DNA of 64,000 nucleotides from Chrysomallon squamiferum (taxonomy: Eukaryota; Animalia; Mollusca), in the NCBI GenBank assembly GCA_012295275.1, contig CM022677.1, positions 13,950,001 to 14,014,000 on the forward strand. The letters are read 5' to 3'. Positions 24,991 to 40,068 of this stretch are shown piece after piece. The position numbers and the translations under genes were made by a program. The notes below the pieces were generated by a model. The model worked only from the letters and a program-made list of their open reading frames with translations. It was not told the origin of the DNA and made no database searches. Every line of letters starts with the position of its first letter. Position 1 is the stretch's first letter.

Positions 24991-25667
24991 GTTATTATAT
25001 AATATCACATTAACCTTGCTTTTCACAACTTTTCTTTTATTGGTCATTTTAATTATTCAGTTCAGTTTGGGGTTTTTCTATCTGTCTGTGTGTCTGTATG
25101 TCTGTCTATGGATTTATCTCTATATATTCTGTCTGTCTCACTCTCCATCTATCTGTCTATCTGTCTATCCACCTACCTATCTACCTCTCAGATTTCAGTG
25201 ATAAGTGCAGGTGTCACTGTAATTAAAACTTCAGTAAAAGAAACGATAAACACTGCAGAAAGCATTGATAATAAAACAGCGATGATATTTTATCTCACTG
25301 GGAGAGGTTCTGTGTATGCCTAAAATACTGAATATTAATATTAATATATTTATTTATTTATTTATTAAGAATTAATCTGTAATAGCGCAGTATATTTACA
25401 GAACTCGCCTTTTCAGTATACTTTTAATAAAAACGTCTATTAATGTTTCGCTATATTCTAGACTTTTCTGATATTTAAGAAAGATGCACTTGCAAATATC
25501 AATAACATGGTGAAGTTAATTCATCTTAATCTAGTCTCTCACCTCTCAACTGCAATTCTACTGTCTTAATAATTAAAAAAAAAATGAGAATAATGCGCAT
25601 TATTAAACGTTGATTCATTATTCAACTTGTTAGATACGTTATACCTGTTAATGAAAAATTAAACTTT

Positions 25668-25698
<31 letters not shown>

Positions 25699-26359
25699 TT
25701 ATGCAACATAAAATTATCTAATATAGTTAATTTATAAACAATACCTCTATTTTTCAATACACTGTGTTTTCAATACATAATATTACCGGTACGCCTCTGT
25801 TTACAACATAAAACATGTAACATAAATAGTGATGGCGGTACTGAAGTTGCATCTTATTTTCATAATGCCTTAAAATTAGCTGTTCTGTGAAACATGTTCT
25901 GTTAATAAAATATCACACTAGTATGGAAGCGTTCTCGATATTCTAATATAATTCTACTGTTGTTTATAAAAACACGCTAACCTGGAAGCCGAATCTACAT
26001 TTCTGAATGTACACTGTGTTTTCGTAGTAAAATTACACCTGTAATGTTTACTATAATGCTTCAGTACACACATAAAACAACAACAACAACGACAACGACA
26101 ATAACAATAGTAATATTAGGAAAATAAAATTTTAATCTTTATTCGATTTCTTTACTTCTCAATATCCATAAGACTTCAAATGTTAACATCATCGCTCCAG
26201 TCTGGATGTCAGTGTATTTTTATGAAGTAGCTATAGCTTCACACAGACAAGTACACTGGAGATATCCACTTTTCAATCCACTTTACTGAGACACAGAACA
26301 TAAAAAATAATTTAAAAAAAAAAATAAAAAATGAGAATGACCGAGACAATTATTTGAGG

Positions 26360-26419
<60 letters not shown>

Positions 26420-27304
26420 GTAATAAATAAATAAATAAATAACAAAGAAACATTTACATCGTATAATAAAAACATTTTTTATAATTTAGTATGTAGGTGA
26501 GAGGTATATATTGAACATATTAAATGGGCTTCTGGATTTTATTTTATTTTATTTTTTTTAATCACCAATGTATGATTATACTTGGAAAGGTGAGAAGAGG
26601 ATAGATTAATAATATGACATTTTATAACTTGAAACATTACTTATATTTACTAACGCAAAATGCGCAAGATAAATATTTTGTTTTATAGAAGATCAGTGGA
26701 TAATCAGAATTATAGCGCGCGCTTGAGGATTAACGTCATTTTTTATTGACTATATTAGAGATTATACAAGAAACAAAAACACATTATTATTACAGATAAA
26801 ACTAAATCGCTAAGACTGTGAATCAAAAACAGAACATAATGTGCTGCAGAGAAATAGAGAGTTATGTACCCTTTTTTCAACAGTAGCTGTAGAGTTGATA
26901 CTTAGCGACTTAGATTTCCAGATTCGTATTATTAACAAAAGACTTAATTTGTTTTTTCGTTTTATTTTATTTTCTCTCTCTCTTCCTGACAGTAGTAATG
27001 ATAGAAGAAAAGATTTTTTTTTTTTTCTTCCAGACAAAGTGTTATATGTATTTTAGGAAATATACTTTTTCTAAGCAGAAGAACGAGGAAGGTGATTATC
27101 AATAATGACACCAAAGACTGTGTTTTTAATTACATTTTTCTGGTGTCTGTCTGGATAACACGTGTTTCATTAAACATTCTGTAATTTTAATTTTACTACC
27201 GACTGCACAGTTTATATAATGGATGTTGGATATTAATAGTATCATTATATATGTATTTGAGATGGGCTAGTTTAATCTGATATTTTAAAAGCTTCAGGTA
27301 AGAT

Positions 27305-27850
27305 TGTATTTTTTATGATGCAAAATAGAGGTAAAAGACTACAAAATATCACGTTATTTTCACTAAGTATCAATAAACGTCGCTGGTTTTATATATAAAA
27401 TGTGAATTACGTCGCATTTTACAAAACAGAAAACTTAGCTTATCTCTGTGAATTTTTATTTTAATGTCGTTTGCTTTGCAAAGTGAAATTTTGTGATTCA
27501 AGTAACGTGTATCTTCTCATGCTTTCAGTATTAATCTTTAATTTTTAAAATTTTTTGTTGAAAAGAAATTGTAATTCACTTTAACAGAAAAATATTTCAC
27601 AACAGAGGGCTTCCCCTGTATATGTAGTCATTAAGTTATTTATTTCTGAATTTAAAAGTCCAGCGCTGAATGCCACTATAAAATAAAAGGTCAGATCCAT
27701 ATAAATGTTATATTTGATTAACAGCAGAACAGATTACATTAATTCACGTTAATACATCAAACCAGCGACGTTTATATTATAAATTGATACTGAGTGTAAA
27801 TAACGTGATGTTTTATTATATTTTTCTTTCTTTTGCATCATAACAAATAT
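27305..27850. mobile_element. Foldback/MITE-like element with ~85-bp imperfect inverted arms
   Basis: TTATGATGCAAAA...ATCACGTTATTTTCACTAAGTATCAATAAACGTCGCTGGTTT pairs with AAACCAGCGACGTTTAT...TTGATACTGAGTGTAAATAACGTGATG...TTTTGCATCATAA. Confidence 0.7.
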
Positions 27851-28689
27851 TAATAATTTCACGTACATTTTATTCTGCTAGGAGAAATCTTGTATAGTCA
27901 ATATTATACTTTGTAAGTTACATCATAGAAAACATGCCTGTCCTCCTGAACTAGTGTTTTATGAGATATGAGGATATTTTCAGTTAGCTAGACGAAATAT
28001 ATCATTTATTACAACATAACAATAATGTCTTTACTATCAAGTAAATATTAATGTTTCTTCTCCAGTTACTAGTAAAATCTTACATAAATCTTACCTATTA
28101 TTTAAATTGTGCAATCGGTATTAAAATTAAAATCATATTTTTTTTTTATTTATTTATTTATTTATACTTGTAAACACAACAACTACAATAATACTAATTA
28201 AAATGATAAATAAAATAATAATTAAGAAAGACCACTTAAACCAGGATAAAAATAAAAAAGTAAGAAAAGACATAAAATGATTATTTCAGGCATATATTCT
28301 GAATGCTAGATCATTCTATGTTTGGTTGAACCTCAGTTTATTCATATAGAACTGAAATCTTATTTGTTTATAAAAAGTAAACTCTGTCCAGTGTCACAAA
28401 TTATATCTAGAAAACTTCACTGTACGTCAAAATTTAGTAGTTTAGTAAATACTCAGATACAAGTTTAATCATGTCTCGACACTGATTTTTGGAAGAACAA
28501 AACTGGCCAACAGATTATTTTTTTAATGAAACACGTGTTATCCAGACAGTCAGCTACACGTCTGTACAACCAGACTTGTCTTCACAAGTTTCACCCAAAC
28601 GTTTCTTCACAAAACACTCGCCGTTGTACAGGACCAACAAGTACCACATATACCCAACGCTTTTCCTGGAATTTAAAAGTGATTTTTTC

Positions 28690-29200
28690 TTCTGTACGTA
28701 TCTGGATTGAGATAAGTCCTGAGAAAGTAAGAACAGAAAAAATTCAGAACGTATCTCGGTTAGAACTTCATGACTATGAAATTCACGGTAGAGAATTAGC
28801 GGGACAGATAGAACACGTTTTAAATTTGACAAATGAACAGTTAATGTTAGCTCGTGGACTAGAACGTGCTTCGAAAAGAAGGAAAAAGTATTTAAGTATA
28901 TCAAAATGTAGGAAAGAAAAGATAAAAGAACATGCCAGAGTTAAAGAAAAACAATTTTCGATGCTCTCTGTCGTGGTGAAGACATTATTAAAGTACGACA
29001 GCGACATCGTCTGAAATGTCACTTCCATTACAATATGAAAAATCCGCTTTTAATTGTTAAGCCTGCTAAAGAAGAGATTCTGCATTTCTCACCGAAAATT
29101 GTTCTCTATCATGATTTTATCAGTGATGCTGAAATTGAAGACATTGAAACAGTTTCTATGCCACTTTTAAAAACATCTGAAATCAGTTGTTATCAAAAGC
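28690..29200 (+). pseudogene. P4HA: Prolyl 4-hydroxylase alpha subunit fragment, intronless and frameshifted
   Basis: FDALCRGEDIIKVRQRHRLKCHFHYNMKNPLLIVKPAKEEILHFSPKIVLYHDFISDAEIE matches the P4HA linker and the start of the catalytic domain. A TPR-like part lies upstream in another frame. The catalytic HxD core is absent. Confidence 0.82.
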
Positions 29201-29245
29201 ATCTTTTGCAATTAATGCTAAAATTGGAGGCATAACAGAGAAAGA

Positions 29246-29280
<35 letters not shown>

Positions 29281-31249
29281 CCCACAAAATAACGCAGTTT
29301 ATCCTGTGACAACTGATAAACCATTAACATTTATAATGAAAAAATATTCCAGTTTTATGTTATTTTAATCTTTAGAAATCTGCACTCTGTCTAAAACGGT
29401 ATATCACGTTGGTCTCAATGAATCATCCGGTTTTGACAGCGTGCACTGTATTTATTTTTATTGTTTATATTTTTGTTATTTATCACATTAATAGATACGG
29501 TATATTGATATTCCTGGAACGTGCCTACAGATTTACATTTATTACTCATTATTCAGCTATATACGACGTTTCGTTATCAGCGATTTTCTGTGGTGTGCAG
29601 TGACGTACACCGAGAACCACACAAACAGAAGAAAGAAAGAAACTATAGCTGAAGGTAAATTACTCTCATATAATTTTTTATTTCGGGGGGAAGCGGAATT
29701 TCTACTTTTATTTGCGGTATTTGTTATTTATGGGTTTTTTCAGTTAAATGTAGATTCTAAGAATCACTAAGAATTGATTTCTTTATATAGAATAGGTAGA
29801 ATATTACTTTCTTGAAATGTTTCCTTGCTTTTTTCTTTAATCTTTATATACTTTGGAGTACATATTTGTAATTTAGTTTGTAAAATATTTCGTCGTCTGC
29901 TTTTTGGAAAGTTTTCAAGGGCAGATAATCGAAAATGAATTATCAAACAATACGTTATAGAATCTTGAGTGTAATTTTTTTTTTTTTTTTTTGGAGTAAT
30001 TTAGCTGAATTTTTATTGATCAATCAAAAGAGTAATCAGTTATATTTTGCTTTTCATTTAATTATTATGTAATTATATTTATCAGATATGTGATAGTATT
30101 TTGCAAAATATAATTATCCTTTAAATTATAACTTATAACAACACAAAGAAAAAAGAAAAAGAAAAAAGAAGAAAAACAGGAGATTAAAATGACAACAAAA
30201 TATCAGTGATATGACTGATTATGAAGGAAGTAACGAATTTTTATCTGAATAAAATTTGCTGATATTTTTCCTTCATAATCTGTGGAAAATCTGAGATTCA
30301 TTTCAGTCATTTGGCAAACAGAACACTGAATATCTCGTACAGTTTCAAACCAGTATACACATGTTTTATATCAAAATGATGATTTCTAAGTTTTACAGTA
30401 TTTTTAAGCATGATGCAGAAAGCAGCAACTTTTAATTAACTGCACTAAATTGCTCAGATATACCTTACTGTTTAATTATTAATTTCCCAATTTAAGTAAC
30501 TGTTAATTCATTTATTTCGTTATGAAATTTGGCAGAATACAAACTTGTCAGTCATTTCTCAATTGTTTATCAAAGGTTCACATATCTAGAACCGAATATG
30601 AAAATGAAGCTGAATATATATAATACATCATGATATTTTTTTATTTTTTTTTTGGAAAATAATACCAAATCAGAAACACAACTGAGGAAAACCCTTTCAA
30701 GGAAGGAAATTAAGATTACAAAAATGAGTTGAACTTTGCAGCAGCAAAGAAACAGCTTTACATAAGATTTAGGTGAATTGATAAATATCTTTCTTATATT
30801 TGAATAATCTGCAAGCCTTTGTATGAATTTATGTATAACAGAGAAAACAGATTTCAATATTGCCTAAAATACTACAACGCCTCCACTTAATTTCATATTA
30901 AAATGTTTTTCTTTTTTCTTTTTTAGGAGATCTCACTGTGTTGAAGACATAAGTCAACATGACAGATTTGAGTTGTATCCAGGTTTAATTCAGGTTGTAT
31001 CTTATACATCAGTCAAACAATGTGGAAATATTCAGATTTTAGGAAAATAATTTTTGTTTCCTCTTCACTAAAGGAGATCATTTCTGCTTGTTCTCTCAGT
31101 CATGATGTTGTTCAGAGACTACATTATTACTTTAAATTCAAACTATAAAACTATGTAATTTATCTATCTTTTTGTAATAATGAATAACAGCTGAAGGCTT
31201 CTAGTTTCAAGATTTATATCTGATTATCTACAAAAATTCTGACATTGTT

Positions 31250-31500
31250 TATTTTTTATGTATATATAATTATTGTTCTCGAACAAAATGGCAGCCATCA
31301 TGTAAATCAAAACTGTAAATCCCTAAACACCGGCAATCATCCGCCATTTTTCCGCAATTACTATAGAAAAAAAAAATGCAATGCAAATAAAACATACGTA
31401 CTAATTATAAATCGATATGGTTCTTTTGTTAAATAAACGGTGTTGTTATTTCCGCCTCCCTAATTTTTCTTTCTTCTTCTTAATTTATTTATATTAATAC
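31250..31500 (+). repeat. Inverted duplicate of ~56690-56990
   Basis: TTATAAATCGATATGGTTCTT and AAATAAACGGTGTTGTTATTT have reverse complements at 56733-56852. CAATCATCCGCCATTTTTCCGCAA matches ~56922-56946 in reverse. Confidence 0.7.
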
Positions 31501-34001
31501 AGCAAATAAAATCACAAAGTTTAGAACTCACATTTTAAACTGTGTAGTCTGGGTAACGTGTCTCATATATGAAAACTGGGTATGCGTTAAAACAACAAAT
31601 ACTCCTGGCGTGTTGAAATGTTAAATAAAAACATATGAAAGTAAATATGTTATAATATATTTGTGAAATTTCAGTTGTACTGTGGTAACATTTCTTTTGA
31701 TTATTAATATTAATGTGTGTGCGTGTGTGTGCGTGTCTGTTTAAAACTGTATTAAAGAGTGATTAAAGTGAATCAAGTGAAAAGTGACACAATGTAATAA
31801 TATAATGAGTCAAGACAAAAACATTTATGTTGTTAGGATATGAAATGACTAAATACATGAAGATTAACAATGATAAACGATTTTATTACAGCATATTTCT
31901 ATTGTGTTAGCGTCTGTAAAGATAAAAAGGAGTAAAGGAGGTGACTAGGGAAATGTTTCTCCACCTCAGTCAATGCTGTCATAAAACACACAGGAACAAA
32001 TTAATTTAAAAAACTAACTTACAAATACTCCTGTTTTTACTTTACTAGAATGGTCACTGTGAAATAAACGTTTAAAATTTACATTTTTATTAAAGTATAT
32101 AAAAATTGACAAAAAAAAAGAAAACAAAGCTAATCTGACAGCGGTATAATCGTGTACAAATGAAGAATGAAGAAAAGAATATATTAAAACTTTTCAACTG
32201 GGTAGAAAAGTTTAAAAATAAATAAATAAATAAATAAATAAACAAATGAATGAAACCTTTATAATTCATAATCACTGAATGTAGATGCAAATATTATGTC
32301 TTTGTAGATAACATTGAATAACAAATTACATTCTAATTTTTCATAATGTAAATATTATTCCAGTGTTTATATCGAATTGTCATCATTTTATTATCTTTAT
32401 ACGTCTTTCATATCTACTATCATTACTATTACTTTCTTTTACAAAAAAAACAAACAAACAAAAAAAAACATTATTACATATTTCTGAATTGTTATTTTTA
32501 AAGGAAAAATTTAAAAGATTATTTTAATGTCGTTTTTAATTTACTTTTCGTTTTCGTTTTCTTGGATGAATTCGTTCTAAAAGACAAATGTGAACTAATA
32601 AGACAGGTGTATCTAAGACACTCTGATGAAAACTTACTAACGTATTTTTAAAAGCAAAAGTTTATTATTTGGTTCTTTTTCATTCATACAAAATAAAGCA
32701 TACTTAGTTCACCTCTATACAAACATCTTTTAAATAATTTTATCATAACAAAAATTGTTTGGTGACATCCTAGCATGAGCCATGTCACTATTCTGATTTA
32801 TGTTTGTGGGCGTCTTTTTATTCCTGTTTGTTTTTCTTTTCCATTTTTGCCTAACACTAACGGCATTTCAGACATTTGAGACAATTTCAAATGAAATAAA
32901 TTCAAATAATAATAAAAATAAATGATTCTTGTCTCACCTTTATCAGGATGTTTAGCAAATTTTTCTGTTGTGATTTTAATTCGGTAGCTTTAAATTAAAA
33001 TTAAAAAATAATAAAGAAAAACAACAACAATAAAATAATAAAAACGACGCACTTACACACACACACACAAATACCTAAGCTAACATTTATTTTTGTTATA
33101 AATACAACAAACAGGAAAGTGAAAAAGTTATGTACTTAAGAAAAAAGAGTTCCGTGTGGCTGTCTAGATTGATTTCGACTGTTTATATTAATGTTGAGAA
33201 AATTGTTAGATATCATTAGTTTAATTCAGCAAAGCAGTAAAATAGAAAAGCGTGGAAACCTTTGCGAAAAAAGGATTTGATTAAAAACTACTAAAATAAG
33301 GTATAGTTTTCTTCAAAACGATTGCGTTTTTCACCCATTGATTTCAGTGTAAAAATGACGAAATAATTTTCAACTAAAGATTTCCAGTGACGTAGAAGTT
33401 CGGCGGGAAATATAAATATGTCTACTAGACATATCTCAGAATGATCAAACCCAACGTTTGTAACTACCGTCAATGTTTGCACGCACACGCTCACGCACAG
33501 TCATATACAAAGTTGGTTTTAAGCAAGATTTATTTCTATACATGATCATAATATCTATATGTAATATCACTTTAATGTGAAAACGTAGTGACCAATAATT
33601 ATTCTGGTACTTCAACTGTTGTTATTTAAGCTGTTGTTATTTAAACTCCAGCTGTTATTTGAGAAGCTTTACAAGCTTTACAAGACAACTTAGAAATGTA
33701 ACAGATCTGTAATTATGAGCATTATTTTTAACCAACCTTAGAAAAAGAATGGGTAACGAATGCAAACTGGGCTACAGATATCGCTATTTTCATTTGTCAC
33801 CAGTAATCTGTTTAGTTACGTTGTTCAAGGCCACCGAGAGATGTCCTGTCCGCACCAGTACATTCATCTCTTACGTCTACAAATCGTGCTAAAAACATTA
33901 TCACATAAATCATATTTATTTCTAATTTTCTCGAATAGAAAATTATATTCACTTTAACAAAATATAACTTAATGACAATGGACAGATGCAATGACAGATG
34001 T

Positions 34002-34091
<90 letters not shown>

Positions 34092-35179
34092 TGATATGAC
34101 CCTGTCATAGTTTGTATTCAGTTAATAAAAAATAAGGCGATATTTGTAATTAAGGATGCCGCTATTTACACTATAAATCACATAACATCACATAATTATA
34201 AACAAGTAAAAATAAGGTGTCAATTTTACTTAAGGATAACGCTATTTGCACTGATAATTTTACCTCTGAGTTACAAAAATAAATTTTAATAACGTGTCCA
34301 CTATTTGTGTAGTAGTTTACACGGTATTTTAGTTACATTGTGTTACACAGAACATTCATAGTTAGAGAGTAGTGGTGACACCAACCATTCAGTATAATCC
34401 GTGGATCAAGCTAATAACATGTAATACTAGTTAGACAGTGATGACGTGTAAAAATTAAGTAGAGTAAAATTATCAATGTAAATAGTGTATTTTCTTAATA
34501 AAAACACTACGTTATTTGTATCTGGTTGCGATATTTTATTCCTGAATATTAACTGTACTTCTCAACTAGAAATATTAAAATGAATATGACTTCACATATA
34601 ATTAATTATTTGCTATTATTTTACAATGTAACCTCAGCTTTTCAATACATACCTATCTAGAAAAAGAAAATCATTATTTAATTATCAGTGCAGCTAAAAA
34701 CTAATCCAGTTTTGCTTAGTAACAAAGAACTGCAGTCTGGAAGTCCTCGTTATTTCTCAATTTCTCAACTATCCTGCTTGAATGACATGATATTCAGTTA
34801 GTTATACGACAAAACACTGAAAATTACAGGTATGATTTCACTTGTTAAATTCAGAAATATAGATGGAACTTCCGTGTTATAATGTTTTTATAAATATCAG
34901 TAGCTTTGTATGTGACGTGAAACATATATCGAGAAATAAAGAGAGCGCCTCTAGTGTGACATTTTATATACACTAGAAACATGTTTCTCTAAAAAACACA
35001 CACTGCACAACTTTGTGCACTAGCTTCAGATACCGCTACGAAGTGTCCGTTTTATTAAAAATAACAAGATATTATATTTTACTTTGCTAATTCTAAATCG
35101 TATAATAAAAAGGTGTAATTGTACTGTTCTTGAACTTAAATATTATATAATATTATATAACAGAAAATACTGATAACCA

Positions 35180-36195
35180 CAGTTATTACTGACAGTTATA
35201 AATGATAATTCTACATGGCGTTGACAAAAGAAAAAGATGAGAATTAATTATATTTACAGTTTGTAGTTTAAATATGTTGACAAATGTTAATCTCATATTT
35301 TATTAATATCGTATGTTATATCAGGTTATATTTAAAAATATCAGAGTTAAATCCCTGGAATCACGGTAGTGTGTACTGATCAGCTGAGAACAAAGAATAT
35401 TATTTTATTATGCGAAGTTTATTTTATTTTTTTTCATTACATTCAGCGCAAGTTGTATAGTGTAATATACTTTACATTTCTTATTATAGCTGAAGTTCTC
35501 TTACTACATTAGATATTATGTCCGCTCCCCAGAAATTATCACTGAGTTAGTGAAGCAGACACCGTATTTGTCAGTCCTCTCTTTGTCATCAGCTAAATAA
35601 CAACAGTAATAACACCTTAATATTTTTATTTTTTATTTTATTTTTTGGTAAAAACGGAAGCTACCTATATATGTTTGTACTATTCTCTTAGTTTCATTAG
35701 AACTGTTCTGAGTGCGGATATAAAAATTACTTCGAATTTTTTATTAGGCCTCGTAAAGTTATCAGAGAAATCAGATTTATTCTTAATGTATTGTTTCTGT
35801 CGAGATAAAATCTAAATACTTCTTTTTAAAAAAATATATAATAATGATTATAATAATAGTAAACTGATTTATGAGAAATCGTGAACTTTTACAAAACCAT
35901 AGTTAACTATAGAATATCGATGTTTACACTGATAATGTTATCCATCGATAACTAAATATGTAGGGAGAGATGTAAATTGTGTCGCGGAATGTCATGTTAC
36001 TGGTCATAAAACAAAGTATCACATTATGACACTGAAAGGTGCACAGTTAATTTTCAGTAAATTCAATACAGTAATAAATACAGTATTCATCTACTAGCAC
36101 TTCACGCGTTTCTGTATAGTCTTATTATTGTTAATAATAAAATAACTTATTATTAAAGACCATAATTTTTCAGTATATAAGGAGGACATTAATTT
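35180..36195 (+). repeat. ~1-kb inverted duplicate of ~54755-55670
   Basis: Several collinear reverse-complement blocks, for example TCAGCGCAAGTTGTATAGTGTAATA, CTATTCTCTTAGTTTCATTAGAACTGTTCTGAG and GAGAGATGTAAATTGTGTCGCGGAAT. Confidence 0.88.
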
Positions 36196-37449
36196 GGGGG
36201 AAAATATAATAATATTAATATCAAACTGTCGTTTATAATAAAATATTTCCTTTTTCTAAGGCCTTGAATTGTTTTTGATCAGAGGACTGGTAAATTTCAG
36301 ATTTGTCGTATAAACAGCTGTAATGTTAGCTGAAGGCGTTTTTCAGGTTTCTGAATAAAGACCAAACATTAATTCTCAAAGTTAGGGTTCTTTTTAATAT
36401 TATCACCGAAAAATATCATAGGAAAATGTATATACGCAATGTGTGTATGTAGGTGTGTGTGTGTGTGTGTGTGTCCACATCTATATTTCTGTATAAAAAT
36501 GTAATCTTATCCTATTTAAATTTATTTTGTGAATATGAATGTGTAAGTAAAGTGCCTTTTGTAAACTGTGAATGCGAAAAAGGACTTAATATTTTTGTTG
36601 AAATGTACGCAAACTAATAAAAACATGTTCCTTACATCAATTCAGGTATTTTGTTTTATGATTTACAGTCAGCGATCAAGTGGGTTAAGAGAATTTACAT
36701 TATCCTCACTTGAAGAAATCACAGTTGTTTTCACACGAGTGTTTACAATAATCATGTTCTATGAAAAAGGATATATTTTCAGACATAGGTTTGATGCTGA
36801 AGTGTGCTCTTGTTTAACCAACACAGCATGTTTTTCTGAGACTACCGAGTTCAAGATTAATAAAATGTAATGAAAATTATAAACAACATTCACAAATTTC
36901 TTCACTGGAATATTTTGATTACTGTTACAGAAATGTGTTCAAAGTTTTTGGTAGAGATGTTTATTGCATTCGTAACAGTTCATTCAGATTTATCTTAAAA
37001 ATGCATTAATAATTAAAAACAAGGCAACACAAGAAAATGAAAAACAAAAAATATTTATTTTAATAAATATCACATTATTAATTGTAACATCTAAACAACA
37101 AGTGTAAGTTAAATAGATATTTCTCTGTACAGAAGACAGCAGGTACAAATCTAGGGTGTGGTGTGTTAACATATTTGTGTGATGAGAAAATATCACAAAT
37201 GTTCTCTTACTCCTCTACCATATAAAACTTTCGTTTTATTTTTTCTCTCACACACACTGCCTGAAATAAAAAATATAAAATTACCAAGTAAAATTTCTCA
37301 AAACAGATAGTCATAGAATTTTATAGTATTTTAAAAGAATGAGAAAGAGAGAGACAATGATGAAGCCGGCAAGAAAGATATAATGAGGGGGAGAAAAAAT
37401 AATAAGGGAGATGATCAAAATAAAATAAAATAGGAGTGAAATATTGAAT

Positions 37450-37486
<37 letters not shown>

Positions 37487-39779
37487 TATACAAACATGGA
37501 TTTGCACACATTTTTTTACCAGTTTTAGTTTTACCAATTATTTATTTATTTATTCATTTGTTTGTTAGTTTGTTATAATCAGTGTAATTAATTATTATTA
37601 TTATGAGCAACTGCTCATGGATAATAACATTTCCAAACATAAGGGAAATAACTCTCTTTAGATAAAACTTCTGGCAAATTAATTTTAAATTGTTAAAACA
37701 TATGAAATAATGAAAGAAAGCAAATTCATTTCCCACCCAAATTTAAAACAAAATCAATAATAATAAACACCCTGAACAGAATCTCATACCAGTTTTATAT
37801 TTACTAAGAAACAGTAAAAAAATCAAATTCAACAGCAAAATTGTAAAAAATATAAAAATTAATTAATTAAAAATGGCTACAAAAAAACATTATGCTGATA
37901 CTGTCAAATTACATGTGCATTATAAACAAATAACACAAATAATGTAAAAAGAAACTATAATTTAACTACATTTCTCACTTATTTATTATTATTTTTATTT
38001 ACCTGTTTTAAATTATTACATTGGATACTTAATTACATTATTTAAAAGGAGCTAGTATCAATAATTAATCTAGACATCTGTGGCGTTATTTTTAAAGGCT
38101 GCTAAATAAATTGATTTGATGTTTTATTTGCTGAGTTTATTTTCTCTTTTGTGCATACATATGCAGGCCTGCACACACATACACACACATCCAAGACACA
38201 AAACAAACACAGAAAATAACACACAAACATTACAATACTCACACAACAGAAAACACACACACACACACACACACAGACTCACATTCACTTAGGCAAAACC
38301 CACACATACACACAAACAGATGTAGCACCATATATACTGACACATACACACACATACACCGAAACAAACACAAACAAATTCAGGCACACATATATGCAGA
38401 GACATACCAACATACATACTGACTTACATCCCCACACATACAGTGCAGAACACAAATTTAATAAATAATAACTGATATTATCAAAAACACTTCTTATAAA
38501 AAACACTTCAATGAAATCAAAGATCTGAGTTCTGCAGAATTAGCTCATGATGAGCTGAATTTTCAGCTTGTCTTTCATCCTCTTGTCTGAGAAAAACATT
38601 TCAATATTTAATATTAATGTAATTAGGTATTGGTTTGTATTGTTAGATTTATCTTTGTTTGTCACCCAGCAGCTGATATATTTTTCATGCTGGGGTGTCC
38701 TTAAACATTCATTAATTCATTTGTATAGTTTGCAAAAACAATGGCTATCAAAAATCTCAGTTATTTAAAGATAAACATTAATTCCTGCCCATTTCACAAA
38801 AAGAACTGACATAATTTTATAAGCAGATGATACCAATATATATAATTACAAATGAAAATCTTCTTTTTAAATTTTAAAATTTGTTTGATGAATTACTATT
38901 AATTGTTTTTACATTTTTTTTTTATATGCGTTCCGTCAATCAAAGTGAAAACCAACTACTTTGTTAAATCAGATGTACAGCAGACACACTGGGTATCATA
39001 ATTATGCATATACATTTTATGAACAGGGAAAGAAAGTGAAAGGAACAAAGAAAGTGAAAGAGAAAATCAGAGATGCAAGGAGAGAATTAGAGATAATGAG
39101 AGAGAAATAAAAATACTATGACATCATCACTATACCTGACTTCTGTCTCCAGTTCTGTACTTTTAACATCATCAGCTGTCATCTTAATTCTTGACACTAT
39201 GAATGGCTGTCCAAATATCTCATAAACATAATAATCATTGTTAGTATTAAAGAACAAGGTTGCAGTTGTGATAAATATTTACAGCACAAACTTACAGCAA
39301 AACAGATAGATATTTACAGATTATATGATTAGACATACATACAGATAGCCACATAGGTACATATATAGACAGACAAAGAGACTAATTTACATTAGACAGA
39401 TAGACAAATATAAAACAAAAGAATACATAGATACATAGATATACTTATTTAGAAAGTAAAAGTATTTAGAGACTGGTAGACATTGGGTAGATAGGTAGGT
39501 TGATGATGTAGACAACCAGACATACAGACAGACAGATTATTGTAGACTTACACTGGTAAATAAATAGTTAATATCTAGGCAGATGTAACACACACACTAC
39601 ATTAATAACTATTTTCTCATTATTTTATTTATACATAGATTGTATTCAAACAAAATACTTTTGTAAGTATGTGTGTGTATTTGTTATAATAAAATAAAGT
39701 TAATAAAAATAATGTAGTTATACTAATACCTTTTTAAAACTGTTTATCCAAATTTTACACATGCACATACATGTGTGTT

Positions 39780-39837
<58 letters not shown>

Positions 39838-40028
39838 TATATATAAACAAAAAATTTCATACACAGAATACAGCACATACATATAATGTTTATTACCTGA
39901 AGCCAGGTAGGTACTTCTCCATCTTCTCCCCAGTAAAGTGTTCAATTCATCAACAGACAGAATACAGTCCTTAGAGTCTAGAAATTTAAAATACTTTCAT
40001 CACTTTCTGTTCTCTTCTATATTATTAT

Positions 40029-40068
<40 letters not shown>

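Noticed and set aside
34940-34960. CTCF-like motif AGCGCCTCTAGTG
   Set aside because: It is one base short of the consensus spacing, and a single motif is not evidence.
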